Positions 38,801 through 54,200 are shown, numbered from the stretch's first letter. The stretch is 64,000 nucleotides of DNA from the human T2T-CHM13v2.0 reference genome, Homo sapiens (GCF_009914755.1 NC_060933.1), one strand, 5' to 3'. The notes: a model not told the origin generated them from the letters alone. Numbers and translations are program-made.

Positions 38801-41800
38801 GAAACTTATTTGCCATGTGTGTTCTCAACTAACAGAGTTGAACCTTTGTTTTGATACGGCATTTTGGAAACACTCTTTTTGTAGAATCTGCAGGTGGATA
38901 TTCGGAGAGCTTTGAAGGTTTCGTTGGAAACGGGAATATCTTCATATAAAATCTAGACGGAAGCATTCTCAGAAACTGCTTTGTGATGTTTTCATTCAAG
39001 TCACAGAGTAGAATGTTCCCTTTTATATACCAGGTTTGAGACACTCTTTCTGCACTATCTGGAAGTGGACATTTGGAGCGCTTTGAGGCCTATGATGAAA
39101 AAGGAAATATCTTCCCATAAAAACTAGACAGAAGCATTCTCAGAAACTTCTTTGTGATGTGTGTATTCAACTAACAGAGATGAACCTTTCTTTTTAGAGA
39201 ACAGTTTTGAAACACTCTTTTTGTGGAATCTGAAAGTGGATATTTGGATAGCTTTGAGGATTTCGTTGGAAACGGGATTACATATAAAATCTAGAGAGAA
39301 GCATTCTCAGGAACTTCTTTGTGATGTTTGCATTCACGTCACAGAACTGAACATTCCCTTTCATAGAGCATGTTTGAAACACTCTTTCTGTAGTATCTGC
39401 AAACGGACATTTCAAGCGCTTTCAGGCCTATGGTAAGAAAGGAAATATCTTCAAATAAAAACTAGACAGAAGCATTCTCAGAAACTTATTTGCGATGTGT
39501 GTCCTCAACTAACAGAGTTGAACCTTTGTTTTGATACAACATTTTGGAAACACTCTTTTTGTAGAATCTGCAAGTGGATATTTGGATAGCTTTGAAGGTT
39601 TCGTTGGAAACGGGAATATCTTCATATAAAATCAAGACAGAAGCATTCTCAGAAACTTCTCTGTGATGTTTGCATTCAACTCATAGAGTTGAACACTTCC
39701 CTTCATAGAGCAGGTTTGAAACACACTTTTTGTAATATTTGGAAGTGGACATTTGCAGCGCTTTGAGGCCTATGTTGAAAAAGGAAATATCTTCTCCTAA
39801 AAACCAGACAGAAGCATTCTCAGAAACTTCCTTGTGATGTGTGTACTCAAGTAACAGAGTTGAACCTTCCTTTTGACAGAGCCGTTTTGAAACAGTCTTT
39901 TTGTAGAATCTGGAAGTAGATATTTGGATACCTTTGAGGATTTCTTTGGAAACGGGATATCTTCATATAAAATATAGACAGAAGCATTCTCAGAAACTTC
40001 TTTGTGCTGTATGTCCTCAATTAACAGAGTTGAACCTTTGTGTGGATACAGCATTTTGGAAACATTCCTTTAGTAGAATCTGCAAGTTGATATTTAGATA
40101 GCTAGGAAGATTTCCTTGGAAACGGGAATATCTTCATATAAAATCTAGACGGAAGCATTCTCAGAAAGTGCTTTGTGATGTTTGCATTCAAGTCACAGAG
40201 TTGAATATTCCCTTTTATAGAGCAGGTTTGAAACACTCTTTCTGCACTACCTGGAAGTGGACATTTGGAGCGCTTTGAGGCCTATGTTGAAAAAGGAAAT
40301 ATCTTCCCATAAAAACTAGACAGAAGCATTCTCAGAAACTTGTTTGTGATGTGTGTATTCAACTAACAGAGATGAACCTTTCTTTTTACAGAGCAGTTTT
40401 GAAACACTCTTTTTGTGGAATCTGAAAGTGGATATTTGGATAGCTTTGAGGATTTCGTTGGAAACGGGATTACATATAAAATCTAGAGAGAAGCATTCTC
40501 AGGAACTTCTTTGTGATGTTTGCATTCAAGTCACAGAACTGAACATTCCCTTTCATAGAGCATGTTTGAAACACTCTTTCTGTAGTATCTGCAAGCGGAC
40601 GTTTCAAGCGCTTTCAGGCCTATGGTGAGAAAGGAAATATCTTCAAGTAAAAACTAGACAGAAGCATTCTCAGAAACTTATTTGCCATGTGTGTTCTCAA
40701 CTAACAGAGTTGAACCTTTGTTTTGATACGGCATTTTGGAAACACTCTTTTTGTAGAATCTGCAGGTGGATATTCGGATAGCTTTGAAGGTTTCGTTGGA
40801 AACGGGAATATCTTCATATAAAATCTAGACGGAAGCATTCTCAGAAAGTGCTTTGTGATGTTTTCATTCAAGTCACAGTGTAGAATGTTCCCTTTTATAT
40901 ACCAGGTTTGAGACACTCTTTCTGCACTATCTGGAAGTGGACATTTGGAGCGCTTTGAGGCCTATGTTGAAAAAGGAAATATCTTCCCATAAAAACTAGA
41001 CAGAAGCATTCTCAGAAACTTGTTTGTGATGTGTGTATTCAACTAACAGAGATGAACCTTTCTTTTTACAGAGCAGTTTTGAAACACTCTTTTTGTGGAA
41101 TCTGAAAGTGGATATTTGGATAGCTTTGAGGATTTCGTTGGAAACGGGATTACATACAAAATCTAGAGAGAAGCATTCTCAGGAACTTCTTTGTGATGTT
41201 TGCATTCACGTCACAGAACTGAACATTCCCTTTCATAGAGCATGTTTGAAACACTCTTTCTGTAGTATCTGCAAACGGACATTTCAAGCGCTTTCAGGCC
41301 TATGGTAAGAAAGGAAATATCTTCAAGTAAAAACTAGACAGAAGCATTCTCAGAAACTTATTTGCGATGTGTGTCCTCAACTAACAGAGTTGAACCTTTG
41401 TTTTGATACAACATTTTGGAAACACTCTTTTTGTAGAATCTGCAAGTGGATATTTGGATAGCTTTGAAGGTTTCGTTGGAAACGGGAATATCTTCATATA
41501 AAATCAAGACAGAAGCATTCTCAGAAACTTCTCTGTGATGTTTGCATTCAACTCATAGAGTTGAACACTTCCCTTCATAGAGCAGATTTGAAACACTCTT
41601 TTTGTAATATTTGGAAGTGGACATTTGCAGCTCTTTGAGGCCTATGTTGAAAAAGGAAATATCTTCTCCTAAAAACCAGACAGAAGCATTCTCAGAAACT
41701 TCCTTGTGATGTGTGTACTCAAGTAACAGAGTTGAACCTTCCTTTTGACAGAGCCGTTTTGAAACAGTCTTTTTGTAGAATCTGGAAGTAGATATTTGGA

Positions 41801-44070
41801 TACCTTTGAGGATTTCTTTGGAAACGGGATATCTTCATATAAAATCTAGACAGAAGCATTCTCAGAAACTTCTTTGTGCTGTATGTCCTCAATTAACAGA
41901 GTTGAACCTTTGTGTGGATACAGCATTTTGGAAACATTCCTTTAGTAGGATATGCAAGTTGATATTTAGATAGCTAGGAAGATTTCCTTGGAAACGGGAA
42001 TATCTTCATATAAAATCTAGACGGAAGCATTCTCAGAAAGTGCTTTGTGATGTTTGCATTCAAGTCACAGAGTTGAATATTCCCTTTTATAGAGCAGGTT
42101 TGAAACACTCTTTCTGCACTACCTGGAAGTGGACATTTGGAGCGCTTTGAGGCCTATGTTGAAAAAGGAAATATCTTCCCATAAAAACTAGACAGAAGCA
42201 TTCTCAGAAACTTGTTTGTGATGTGTGTATTCAACTAACAGAGATGAACCTTTCTTTTTACAGAGCAGTTTTGAAACACTCTTTTTGTGGAATCTGAAAG
42301 TGGATATTTGGATAGCTTTGAGGATTTCGTTGGAAACGGGATTACATATAAAATCTAGAGAGAAGCATTCTCAGGAACTTCTTTGTGATGTTTGCATTCA
42401 AGTCACAGAACTGAACATTCCCTTTCATAGAGCATGTTTGAAACACTCCTTCTGTAGTATCTGCAAGCGGACGTTACATGCGCTTTCAGCCCTATGGTGA
42501 GAAAGGAAATATCTTCAAGTAAAAACTAGACAGAAGCATTCTCAGAAACTTATTTGCCATGTGTGTTCTCAACTAACAGAGTTGAACCTTTGTTTTGATA
42601 CGGCATTTTGGAAACACTCTTTTTGTAGAATCTGCAGGTGGATATTCGGATAGCTTTGAAGGTTTCGTTGGAAACGGGAATATCTTCATATAAAATCTAG
42701 ACGGAAGCATTCTCAGAAACTGCTTTGTGATGTTTTTATTCAAGTCACAGAGTAGAATGTTCCCTTTTATATACCAGGTTTGAGACACTCTTTCTGCACT
42801 ATCTGGAAGTGGACATTTGGAGCGCTTTGAGGCCTATGATGAAAAAGGAAATATCTTCCCATAAAAACTAGACAGAAGCATTCTCAGAAACTTGCTTGTG
42901 ATGTGTGTATTCAACTAACAGAGATGAACCTTTCTTTTTACAGAGCAGTTTTGAAACACTCTTTTTGTGGAATCTGAAAGTGGATATTTGGATAGCTTTG
43001 AGGATTTCGTTGGAAACGGGATTACATATAAAATCTAGAGAGAAGCATTCTCAGGAACTTCTTTGTGATGTTTGCATTCACCTCACAGAACTGAACATTC
43101 CCTTTCATAGAGCATGTTTGAAACACTCTTTCTGTAGTATCTGCAAACGGACATTTCAAGCGCTTTCAGGCCTATGGTAAGAAAGGAAATATCTTCAAAT
43201 AAAAACTAGACAGAAGCATTCTCAGAAACTTATTTGCGATGTGTGTCCTCAACTAACAGAGTTGAACCTTTGTTTTGATACAACATTTTGGAAACACTCT
43301 TTTTGTAGAATCTGCAAGTGGATATTTGGATAGCTTTGAAGGTTTCGTTGGAAACGGGAATATCTTCATATAAAATCAAGACAGAAGCATTCTCAGAAAC
43401 TTCTCTGTGATGTTTGCATTCAACTCATAGAGTTGAACACTTCCCTTCATAGAGCAGGTTTGAAACATTCTTTTTGTAATATTTGGAAGTGGACATTTGC
43501 AGCTCTTTGAGGCCTATGTTGAAAAAGGAAATATCTTCTCCTAAAAACCAGACAGAAGCATTCTCAGAAACTTCCTTGTGATGTGTGTACTCAAGTAACA
43601 CAGTTGAACCTTACTTTTGACAGAGCCGTTTTGAAACAGTCTTTTTGTAGAATCTGGAAGTAGATATTTGGATACCTTTGAGGATTTCTTTGGAAACGGG
43701 ATATCTTCATATAAAATCTAGACAGAAGCATTCTCAGAAACTTCTTTGTGCTGTATGTCCTCAATTAACAGAGTTGAACCTTTGTGTGGATACAGCATTT
43801 TGGAAACATTCCTTTAGTAGAATCTGCATGTTGATATTTAGATAGCTAGGAAGATTTCCTTGGAAACGGGAATATCTTCATATAAAATCTAGAAGGAAGC
43901 ATTCTCACAAAGTGCTTTGTGGTGTTTGCATTCAAGTCACAGAGTTGAATATTCCCTTTTATAGAGCATGTTTGAAACACTCTTTCTGCACTACCTGGAA
44001 GTGGACATTTGGAGCGCTTTGAGGCCTATGTTGAAAAAGGAAATATCTTCCCATAAAAACTAGACAGAAG
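32839..44070 (+). repeat. Canonical 11-mer HOR, 6 copies
   Basis: Starts at 32839, 34711, 36583, 38455, 40327, 42199. Confidence 0.96.
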
Positions 44071-45262
44071 CATTCTCAGAAACTTGTTTGTGATGTGTGT
44101 ATTCAACTAACAGACATGAACCTTTCTTTTTACAGAGCAGTTTTCAAACACTCTTTTTGTGGAATCTGAAAGTGGATATGTGGATAGCTTTGAGGATTTC
44201 GTTGGAAACGGGATTACATATAAAATCTAGAGAGAAGCATTCTCAGGAACTTCTTTGTGATGTTTGCATTCAAGACACAAAACTGAACATTCCCTTTCAT
44301 AGAGCATGTTTGAAACACTCTTTCTGTAGTATCTGCAAGCGGACGTTTCAAGCGCTTTCAGGCCTTTGGTGAGAAAGGAAATATCTTCAAGTAAAAACTA
44401 GACAGAAGCATTCTCAGAAACTTATTTGCCATGTGTGTTCTCAACTAACAGAGTTGAACCTTTGTTTTGATACGGCATTTTGGAAACACTCTTTTTGTAG
44501 AATCTGCAAGTGGATATTTGGATAGCTTTGAAGGTTTCGTTGGAAACGGGAATATCTTCATATAAAATCAAGACAGAAGCATTCTCAGAAACTTCTCTGT
44601 GATGTTTGCATTCAACTCATAGAGTTGAACACTTCCCTTCATAGAGCAGATTTGAAACACTCTTTTTGTAATATTTGGAAGTGGACATTTGCAGCTCTTT
44701 GAGGCCTATGTTGAAAAAGGAAATATCTTCTCCTAAAAACCAGACAGAAGCATTCTCAGAAACTTCCTTGTGATGTGTGTACTCAAGTAACAGAGTTGAA
44801 CCTTCCTTTTGACAGAGCCGTTTTGAAACAGTCTTTTTGTAGAATCTGGAAGTAGATATTTGGATACCTTTGAGGATTTCTTTGGAAACGGGATATCTTC
44901 ATATAAAATCTAGACAGAAGCATTCTCAGAAACTTCTTTGTGCTGTATGTCCTCAATTAACAGAGTTGAACCTTTGTGTGGATACAGCATTTTGGAAACA
45001 TTCCTTTAGTAGGATATGCAAGTTGATATTTAGATAGCTAGGAAGATTTCCTTGGAAACGGGAATATCTTCATATAAAATCTAGACGGAAGCATTCTCAG
45101 AAAGTGCTTTGTGATGTTTGCATTCAAGTCACAGAGTTGAATATTCCCTTTTATAGAGCAGGTTTGAAACACTCTTTCTGCACTACCTGGAAGTGGACAT
45201 TTGGAGCGCTTTGAGGCCTATGTTGAAAAAGGAAATATCTTCCCATAAAAACTAGACAGAAG
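44071..45262 (+). repeat. Variant 7-mer a'b'(c'/c)defg, 1192 bp; junction unit of a 3064-bp duplication
   Basis: The third monomer has c' alleles up to TACGGC (44475) and c alleles from GCAAG (44509), then runs into d. Confidence 0.9.
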
Positions 45263-48200
45263 CATTCTCAGAAACTTGTTTGTGATGTGTGTATTCAACT
45301 AACAGAGATGAACCTTTCTTTTTACAGAGCAGTTTTGAAACACTCTTTTTGTGGAATCTGAAAGTGGATATTTGGATAGCTTTGAGGATTTCGTTGGAAA
45401 CGGGATTACATATAAAATCTAGAGAGAAGCATTCTCAGGAACTTCTTTGTGATGTTTGCATTCAAGTCACAGAACTGAACATTCCCTTTCATAGAGCATG
45501 TTTGAAACACTCCTTCTGTAGTATCTGCAAGCGGACGTTACATGCGCTTTCAGCCCTATGGTGAGAAAGGAAATATCTTCAAGTAAAAACTAGACAGAAG
45601 CATTCTCAGAAACTTATTTGCCATGTGTGTTCTCAACTAACAGAGTTGAACCTTTGTTTTGATACGGCATTTTGGAAACACTCTTTTTGTAGAATCTGCA
45701 GGTGGATATTCGGATAGCTTTGAAGGTTTCGTTGGAAACGGGAATATCTTCATATAAAATCTAGACGGAAGCATTCTCAGAAACTGCTTTGTGATGTTTT
45801 TATTCAAGTCACAGAGTAGAATGTTCCCTTTTATATACCAGGTTTGAGACACTCTTTCTGCACTATCTGGAAGTGGACATTTGGAGCGCTTTGAGGCCTA
45901 TGATGAAAAAGGAAATATCTTCCCATAAAAACTAGACAGAAGCATTCTCAGAAACTTGCTTGTGATGTGTGTATTCAACTAACAGAGATGAACCTTTCTT
46001 TTTACAGAGCAGTTTTGAAACACTCTTTTTGTGGAATCTGAAAGTGGATATTTGGATAGCTTTGAGGATTTCGTTGGAAACGGGATTACATATAAAATCT
46101 AGAGAGAAGCATTCTCAGGAACTTCTTTGTGATGTTTGCATTCACCTCACAGAACTGAACATTCCCTTTCATAGAGCATGTTTGAAACACTCTTTCTGTA
46201 GTATCTGCAAACGGACATTTCAAGCGCTTTCAGGCCTATGGTAAGAAAGGAAATATCTTCAAATAAAAACTAGACAGAAGCATTCTCAGAAACTTATTTG
46301 CGATGTGTGTCCTCAACTAACAGAGTTGAACCTTTGTTTTGATACAACATTTTGGAAACACTCTTTTTGTAGAATCTGCAAGTGGATATTTGGATAGCTT
46401 TGAAGGTTTCGTTGGAAACGGGAATATCTTCATATAAAATCAAGACAGAAGCATTCTCAGAAACTTCTCTGTGATGTTTGCATTCAACTCATAGAGTTGA
46501 ACACTTCCCTTCATAGAGCAGGTTTGAAACATTCTTTTTGTAATATTTGGAAGTGGACATTTGCAGCTCTTTGAGGCCTATGTTGAAAAAGGAAATATCT
46601 TCTCCTAAAAACCAGACAGAAGCATTCTCAGAAACTTCCTTGTGATGTGTGTACTCAAGTAACACAGTTGAACCTTACTTTTGACAGAGCCGTTTTGAAA
46701 CAGTCTTTTTGTAGAATCTGGAAGTAGATATTTGGATACCTTTGAGGATTTCTTTGGAAACGGGATATCTTCATATAAAATCTAGACAGAAGCATTCTCA
46801 GAAACTTCTTTGTGCTGTATGTCCTCAATTAACAGAGTTGAACCTTTGTGTGGATACAGCATTTTGGAAACATTCCTTTAGTAGAATCTGCATGTTGATA
46901 TTTAGATAGCTAGGAAGATTTCCTTGGAAACGGGAATATCTTCATATAAAATCTAGAAGGAAGCATTCTCACAAAGTGCTTTGTGGTGTTTGCATTCAAG
47001 TCACAGAGTTGAATATTCCCTTTTATAGAGCATGTTTGAAACACTCTTTCTGCACTACCTGGAAGTGGACATTTGGAGCGCTTTGAGGCCTATGTTGAAA
47101 AAGGAAATATCTTCCCATAAAAACTAGACAGAAGCATTCTCAGAAACTTGTTTGTGATGTGTGTATTCAACTAACAGACATGAACCTTTCTTTTTACAGA
47201 GCAGTTTTCAAACACTCTTTTTGTGGAATCTGAAAGTGGATATGTGGATAGCTTTGAGGATTTCGTTGGAAACGGGATTACATATAAAATCTAGAGAGAA
47301 GCATTCTCAGGAACTTCTTTGTGATGTTTGCATTCAAGACACAAAACTGAACATTCCCTTTCATAGAGCATGTTTGAAACACTCTTTCTGTAGTATCTGC
47401 AAGCGGACGTTTCAAGCGCTTTCAGGCCTTTGGTGAGAAAGGAAATATCTTCAAGTAAAAACTAGACAGAAGCATTCTCAGAAACTTATTTGCCATGTGT
47501 GTTCTCAACTAACAGAGTTGAACCTTTGTTTTGATACGGCATTTTGGAAACACTCTTTTTGTAGAATCTGCAGGTGGATATTCGGATAGCTTTGAAGGTT
47601 TCGTTGGAAACGGGAATATCTTCATATAAAATCTAGACGGAAGCATTCTCAGAAACTGCTTTGTGATGTTTTCATTCAAGTCACAGAGTAGAATGTTCCC
47701 TTTTATATACCAGGTTTGAGACACTCTTTCTGCACTATCTGGAAGTGGACATTTGGAGCGCTTTGAGGCCTATGATGAAAAAGGAAATATCTTCCCATAA
47801 AAACTAGACAGAAGCATTCTCAGAAACTTGTTTGTGATGTGTGTATTCAACTAACAGAGATGAACCTTTCTTTTTACAGAGCAGTTTTGAAACACTCTTT
47901 TTGTGGAATCTGAAAGTGGATATTTGGATAGCTTTGAGGATTTCGTTGGAAACGGGATTACATATAAAATCTAGAGAGAAGCATTCTCAGGAACTTCTTT
48001 GTGATGTTTGCATTCACGTCACAGAACTGAACATTCCCTTTCATAGAGCATGTTTGAAACACTCTTTCTGTAGTATCTGCAAACGGACATTTCAAGCGCT
48101 TTCAGGCCTATGGTAAGAAAGGAAATATCTTCAAGTAAAAACTAGACAGAAGCATTCTCAGAAACTTATTTGCGATGTGTGTCCTCAACTAACAGAGTTG

Positions 48201-51200
48201 AACCTTTGTTTTGATACAACATTTTGGAAACACTCTTTTTGTAGAATCTGCAAGTGGATATTTGGATAGCTTTGAAGGTTTCGTTGGAAACGGGAATATC
48301 TTCATATAAAATCAAGACAGAAGCATTCTCAGAAACTTCTCTGTGATGTTTGCATTCAACTCATAGAGTTGAACACTTCCCTTCATAGAGCAGATTTGAA
48401 ACACTCTTTTTGTAATATTTGGAAGTGGACATTTGCAGCTCTTTGAGGCCTATGTTGAAAAAGGAAATATCTTCTCCTAAAAACCAGACAGAAGCATTCT
48501 CAGAAACTTCCTTGTGATGTGTGTACTCAAGTAACAGAGTTGAACCTTCCTTTTGACAGAGCCGTTTTGAAACAGTCTTTTTGTTGAATCTGGAAGTAGA
48601 TATTTGGATATCTTTGAGGATTTCTTTGGAAACGGGATATCTTCATATAAAATATAGACAGAAGCATTCTCAGAAACTTCTTTGTGCTGTATGTCCTCAA
48701 TTAACAGAGTTGAACCTTTGTGTGGATACAGCATTTTGGAAACATTCCTTTAGTAGGATATGCAAGGTGATATTTAGATAGCTAGGAAGATTTCCTTGGA
48801 AACGGGAATATCTTCATATAAAATCTAGAAGGAAGCATTCTCAGAAAGTGCTTTGTGATGTTTGCATTCAAGTCACAGAGTTGAATATTCCCTTTTATAG
48901 AGCAGGTTTGAAACACTCTTTCTGCACTACCTGGAAGTGGACATTTGGAGCGCTTTGAGGCCTATGTTGAAAAAGGAAATATCTTCCCATAAAAACTAGA
49001 CAGAAGCATTCTCAGAAACTTGTTTGTGATGTGTGTATTCAACTAACAGAGATGAACCTTTCTTTTTACAGAGCAGTTTTGAAACACTCTTTTTGTGGAA
49101 TCTGAAAGTGGATATTTGGATAGCTTTGAGGATTTCGTTGGAAACGGGATTACATATAAAATCTAGAGAGAAGCATTCTCAGGAACTTCTTTGTGATGTT
49201 TGCATTCAAGTCACAGAACTGAACATTCCCTTTCATAGAGCATGTTTGAAACACTCCTTCTGTAGTATCTGCAAGCGGACGTTACAAGCGCTTTCAGGCC
49301 TATGGTGAGAAAGGAAATATCTTCAAGTAAAAACTAGACAGAAGCATTCTCAGAAACTTATTTGCCATGTGTGTTCTCAACTAACAGAGTTGAACCTTTG
49401 TTTTGATACGGCATTTTGGAAACACTCTTTTTGTAGAATCTGCAGGTGGATATTCGGATAGCTTTGAAGGTTTCGTTGGAAACGGGAATATCTTCATATA
49501 AAATCTAGACGGAAGCATTCTCAGAAACTGCTTTGTGATGTTTTTATTCAAGTCACAGAGTAGAATGTTCCCTTTTATATACCAGGTTTGAGACACTCTT
49601 TCTGCACTATCTGGAAGTGGACATTTGGAGCGCTTTGAGGCCTATGATGAAAAAGGAAATATCTTCCCATAAAAACTAGACAGAAGCATTCTCAGAAACT
49701 TGTTTGTGATGTGTGTATTCAACTAACAGAGATGAACCTTTCTTTTTACAGAGCAGTTTTGAAACACTCTTTTTGTGGAATCTGAAAGTGGATATTTGGA
49801 TAGCTTTGTGGATTTCGTTGGAAACGGGATTACATATAAAATCTAGAGAGAAGCATTCTCAGGAACTTCTTTGTGATGTTTGCATTCACGTCACAGAACT
49901 GAACATTCCCTTTCATAGAGCATGTTTGAAACACTCTTTCTGTAGTATCTGCAAACGGACATTTCAAGCGCTTTCAGGCCTATGGTAAGAAAGGAAATAT
50001 CTTCAAATAAAAACTAGACAGAAGCATTCTCAGAAACTTATTTGCGATGTGTGTCCTCAACTAACAGAGTTGAACCTTTGTTTTGATACAACATTTTGGA
50101 AACACTCTTTTTGTAGAATCTGCAAGTGGATATTTGGATAGCTTTGAAGGTTTCGTTGGAAACGGGAATATCTTCATATAAAATCAAGACAGAAGCATTC
50201 TCAGAAACTTCTCTGTGATGTTTGCATTCAACTCATAGAGTTGAACACTTCCCTTCATAGAGCAGGTTTGAAACACTCTTTTTGTAATATTTGGAAGTGG
50301 ACATTTGCAGCGCTTTGAGGCCTATGTTGAAAAAGGAAATATCTTCTCCTAAAAACCAGACAGAAGCATTCTCAGAAACTTCCTTGTGATGTGTGTACTC
50401 AAGTAACACAGTTGAACCTTCCTTTTGACAGAGCCGTTTTGAAACAGTCTTTTTGTAGAATCTGGAAGTAGATATTTGGATACCTTTGAGGATTTCTTTG
50501 GAAACGGGATATCTTCATATAAAATATAGACAGAAGCATTCTCAGAAACTTCTTTGTGCTGTATGTCCTCAATTAACAGAGTTGAACCTTTGTGTGGATA
50601 CAGCATTTTGGAAACATTCCTTTAGTAGAATCTGCAAGTTGATATTTAGATAGCTAGGAAGATTTCCTTGGAAACGGGAATATCTTCATATAAAATCTAG
50701 ACGGAAGCATTCTCAGAAAGTGCTTTGTGATGTTTGCATTCAAGTCACAGAGTTGAATATTCCCTTTTATAGAGCAGGTTTGAAACACTCTTTCTGCACT
50801 ACCTGGAAGTGGACATTTGGAGCGCTTTGAGGCCTATGTTGAAAAAGGAAATATCTTCCCATAAAAACTAGACAGAAGCATTCTCAGAAACTTGTTTGTG
50901 ATGTGTGTATTCAACTAACAGAGATGAACCTTTCTTTTTACAGAGCAGTTTTGAAACACTCTTTTTGTGGAATCTGAAAGTGGATATTTGGATAGCTTTG
51001 AGGATTTCGTTGGAAACGGGATTACATATAAAATCTAGAGAGAAGCATTCTCAGGAACTTCTTTGTGATGTTTGCATTCAAGTCACAGAACTGAACATTC
51101 CCTTTCATAGAGCATGTTTGAAACACTCTTTCTGTAGTATCTGCAAGCGGACGTTTCAAGCGCTTTCAGGCCTATGGTGAGAAAGGAAATATCTTCAAGT

Positions 51201-54200
51201 AAAAACTAGACAAAAGCATTCTCAGAAACTTATTTGCCATGTGTGTTCTCAACTAACAGAGTTGAACCTTTGTTTTGATACGGCATTTTGGAAACACTCT
51301 TTTTGTAGAATCTGCAGGTGGATATTCGGATAGCTTTGAAGGTTTCGTTGGAAACGGGAATATCTTCATATAAAATCTAGACGGAAGCATTCTCAGAAAG
51401 TGCTTTGTGATGTTTTCATTCAAGTCACAGTGTAGAATGTTCCCTTTTATATACCAGGTTTGAGACACTCTTTCTGCACTATCTGGAAGTGGACATTTGG
51501 AGCGCTTTGAGGCCTATGTTGAAAAAGGAAATATCTTCCCATAAAAACTAGACAGAAGCATTCTCAGAAACTTGTTTGTGATGTGTGTATTCAACTAACA
51601 GAGATGAACCTTTCTTTTTACAGAGCAGTTTTGAAACACTCTTTTTGTGGAATCTGAAAGTGGATATTTGGATAGCTTTGAGGATTTCGTTGGAAACGGG
51701 ATTACATATAAAATCTAGAGAGAAGCATTCTCAGGAACTTCTTTGTGATGTTTGCATTCACGTCACAGAACTGAACATTCCCTTTCATAGAGCATGTTTG
51801 AAACACTCTTTCTGTAGTATCTGCAAACGGACATTTCAAGCGCTTTCAGGCCTATGGTAAGAAAGGAAATATCTTCAAGTAAAAACTAGACAGAAGCATT
51901 CTCAGAAACTTATTTGCGATGTGTGTCCTCAACTAACAGAGTTGAACCTTTGTTTTGATACAACATTTTGGAAACACTCTTTTTGTAGAATCTGCAAGTG
52001 GATATTTGGATAGCTTTGAAGGTTTCGTTGGAAACGGGAATATCTTCATATAAAATCAAGACAGAAGCATTCTCAGAAACTTCTCTGTGATGTTTGCATT
52101 CAACTCATAGAGTTGAACACTTCCCTTCATAGAGCAGATTTGAAACACTCTTTTTGTAATATTTGGAAGTGGACATTTGCAGCTCTTTGAGGCCTATGTT
52201 GAAAAAGGAAATATCTTCTCCTAAAAACCAGACAGAAGCATTCTCAGAAACTTCCTTGTGATGTGTGTACTCAAGTAACAGAGTTGAACCTTCCTTTTGA
52301 CAGAGCCGTTTTGAAACAGTCTTTTTGTAGAATCTGGAAGTAGATATTTGGATACCTTTGAGGATTTCTTTGGAAACGGGATATCTTCATATAAAATCTA
52401 GACAGAAGCATTCTCAGAAACTTCTTTGTGCTGTATGTCCTCAATTAACAGAGTTGAACCTTTGTGTGGATACAGCATTTTGGAAACATTCCTTTAGTAG
52501 GATATGCAAGTTGATATTTAGATAGCTAGGAAGATTTCCTTGGAAACGGGAATATCTTCATATAAAATCTAGACGGAAGCATTCTCAGAAAGTGCTTTGT
52601 GATGTTTGCATTCAAGTCACAGAGTTGAATATTCCCTTTTATAGAGCAGGTTTGAAACACTCTTTCTGCACTACCTGGAAGTGGACATTTGGAGCGCTTT
52701 GAGGCCTATGTTGAAAAAGGAAATATCTTCCCATAAAAACTAGACAGAAGCATTCTCAGAAACTTGTTTGTGATGTGTGTATTCAACTAACAGAGATGAA
52801 CCTTTCTTTTTACAGAGCAGTTTTGAAACACTCTTTTTGTGGAATCTGAAAGTGGATATGTGGATAGCTTTGAGGATTTCGTTGGAAACGGGATTACATA
52901 TAAAATCTAGAGAGAAGCATTCTCAGGAACTTCTTTGTGATGTTTGCATTCAAGACACAAAACTGAACATTCCCTTTCATAGAGCATGTTTGAAACACTC
53001 TTTCTGTAGTATCTGCAAGCGGACGTTTCAAGCGCTTTCAGGCCTATGGTGAGAAAGGAAATATCTTCAAGTAAAAACTAGACAGAAGCATTCTCAGAAA
53101 CTTATTTGCCATGTGTGTTCTCAACTAACAGAGTTGAACCTTTGTTTTGATACGGCACTTTGGAAACACTCTTTTTGTAGAATCTGCAGGTGGATATTCG
53201 GATAGCTTTGAAGGTTTCGTTGGAAACGGGAATATCTTCATATAAAATCTAGACGGAAGCATTCTCAGAAACTGCTTTGTGATGTTTTCATTCAAGTCAC
53301 AGAGTAGAATGTTCCCTTTTATATACCAGGTTTGAGACACTCTTTCTGCACTATCTGGAAGTGGACATTTGGAGCGCTTTGAGGCCTATGATGAAAAAGG
53401 AAATATCTTCCCATAAAAACTAGACAGAAGCATTCTCAGAAACTTCTTTGTGATGTGTGTATTCAACTAACAAAGATGAACCTTTCTTTTTACAGAACAG
53501 TTTTGAAACACTCTTTTTGTGGAATCTGAAAGTGGATATTTGGATAGCTTTGAGGATTTCGTTGGAAACGGGATTACATATAAAATCTAGAGAGAAGCAT
53601 TCTCAGGAACTTCTTTGTGATGTTTGCATTCACGTCACAGAACTGAACATTCCCTTTCATAGAGCATGTTTGAAACACTCTTTCTGTAGTATCTGCAAAC
53701 GGACATTTCAAGCGCTTTGAGGCCTATGGTAAGAAAGGAAATATCTTCAAATAAAAACTAGACAGAAGCATTCTCAGAAACTTATTTGCGATGTGTGTCC
53801 TCAACTAACAGAGTTGAACCTTTGTTTTGATACAACATTTTGGAAACACTCTTTTTGTAGAATCTGCAAGTGGATATTTGGATAGCTTTGAAGGTTTCGT
53901 TGGAAACGGGAATATCTTCATATAAAATCAAGACAGAAGCATTCTCAGAAACTTCTCTGTGATGTTTGCATTCAACTCATAGAGTTGAACACTTCCCTTC
54001 ATAGAGCAGGTTTGAAACACTCTTTTTGTAATATTTGGAAGTGGACATTTGCAGCGCTTTGAGGCCTATGTTGAAAAAGGAAATATCTTCTCCTAAAAAC
54101 CAGACAGAAGCATTCTCAGAAACTTCCTTGTGATGTGTGTACTCAAGTAACAGAGTTGAACCTTCCTTTTGACAGAGCCGTTTTGAAACAGTCTTTTTGT

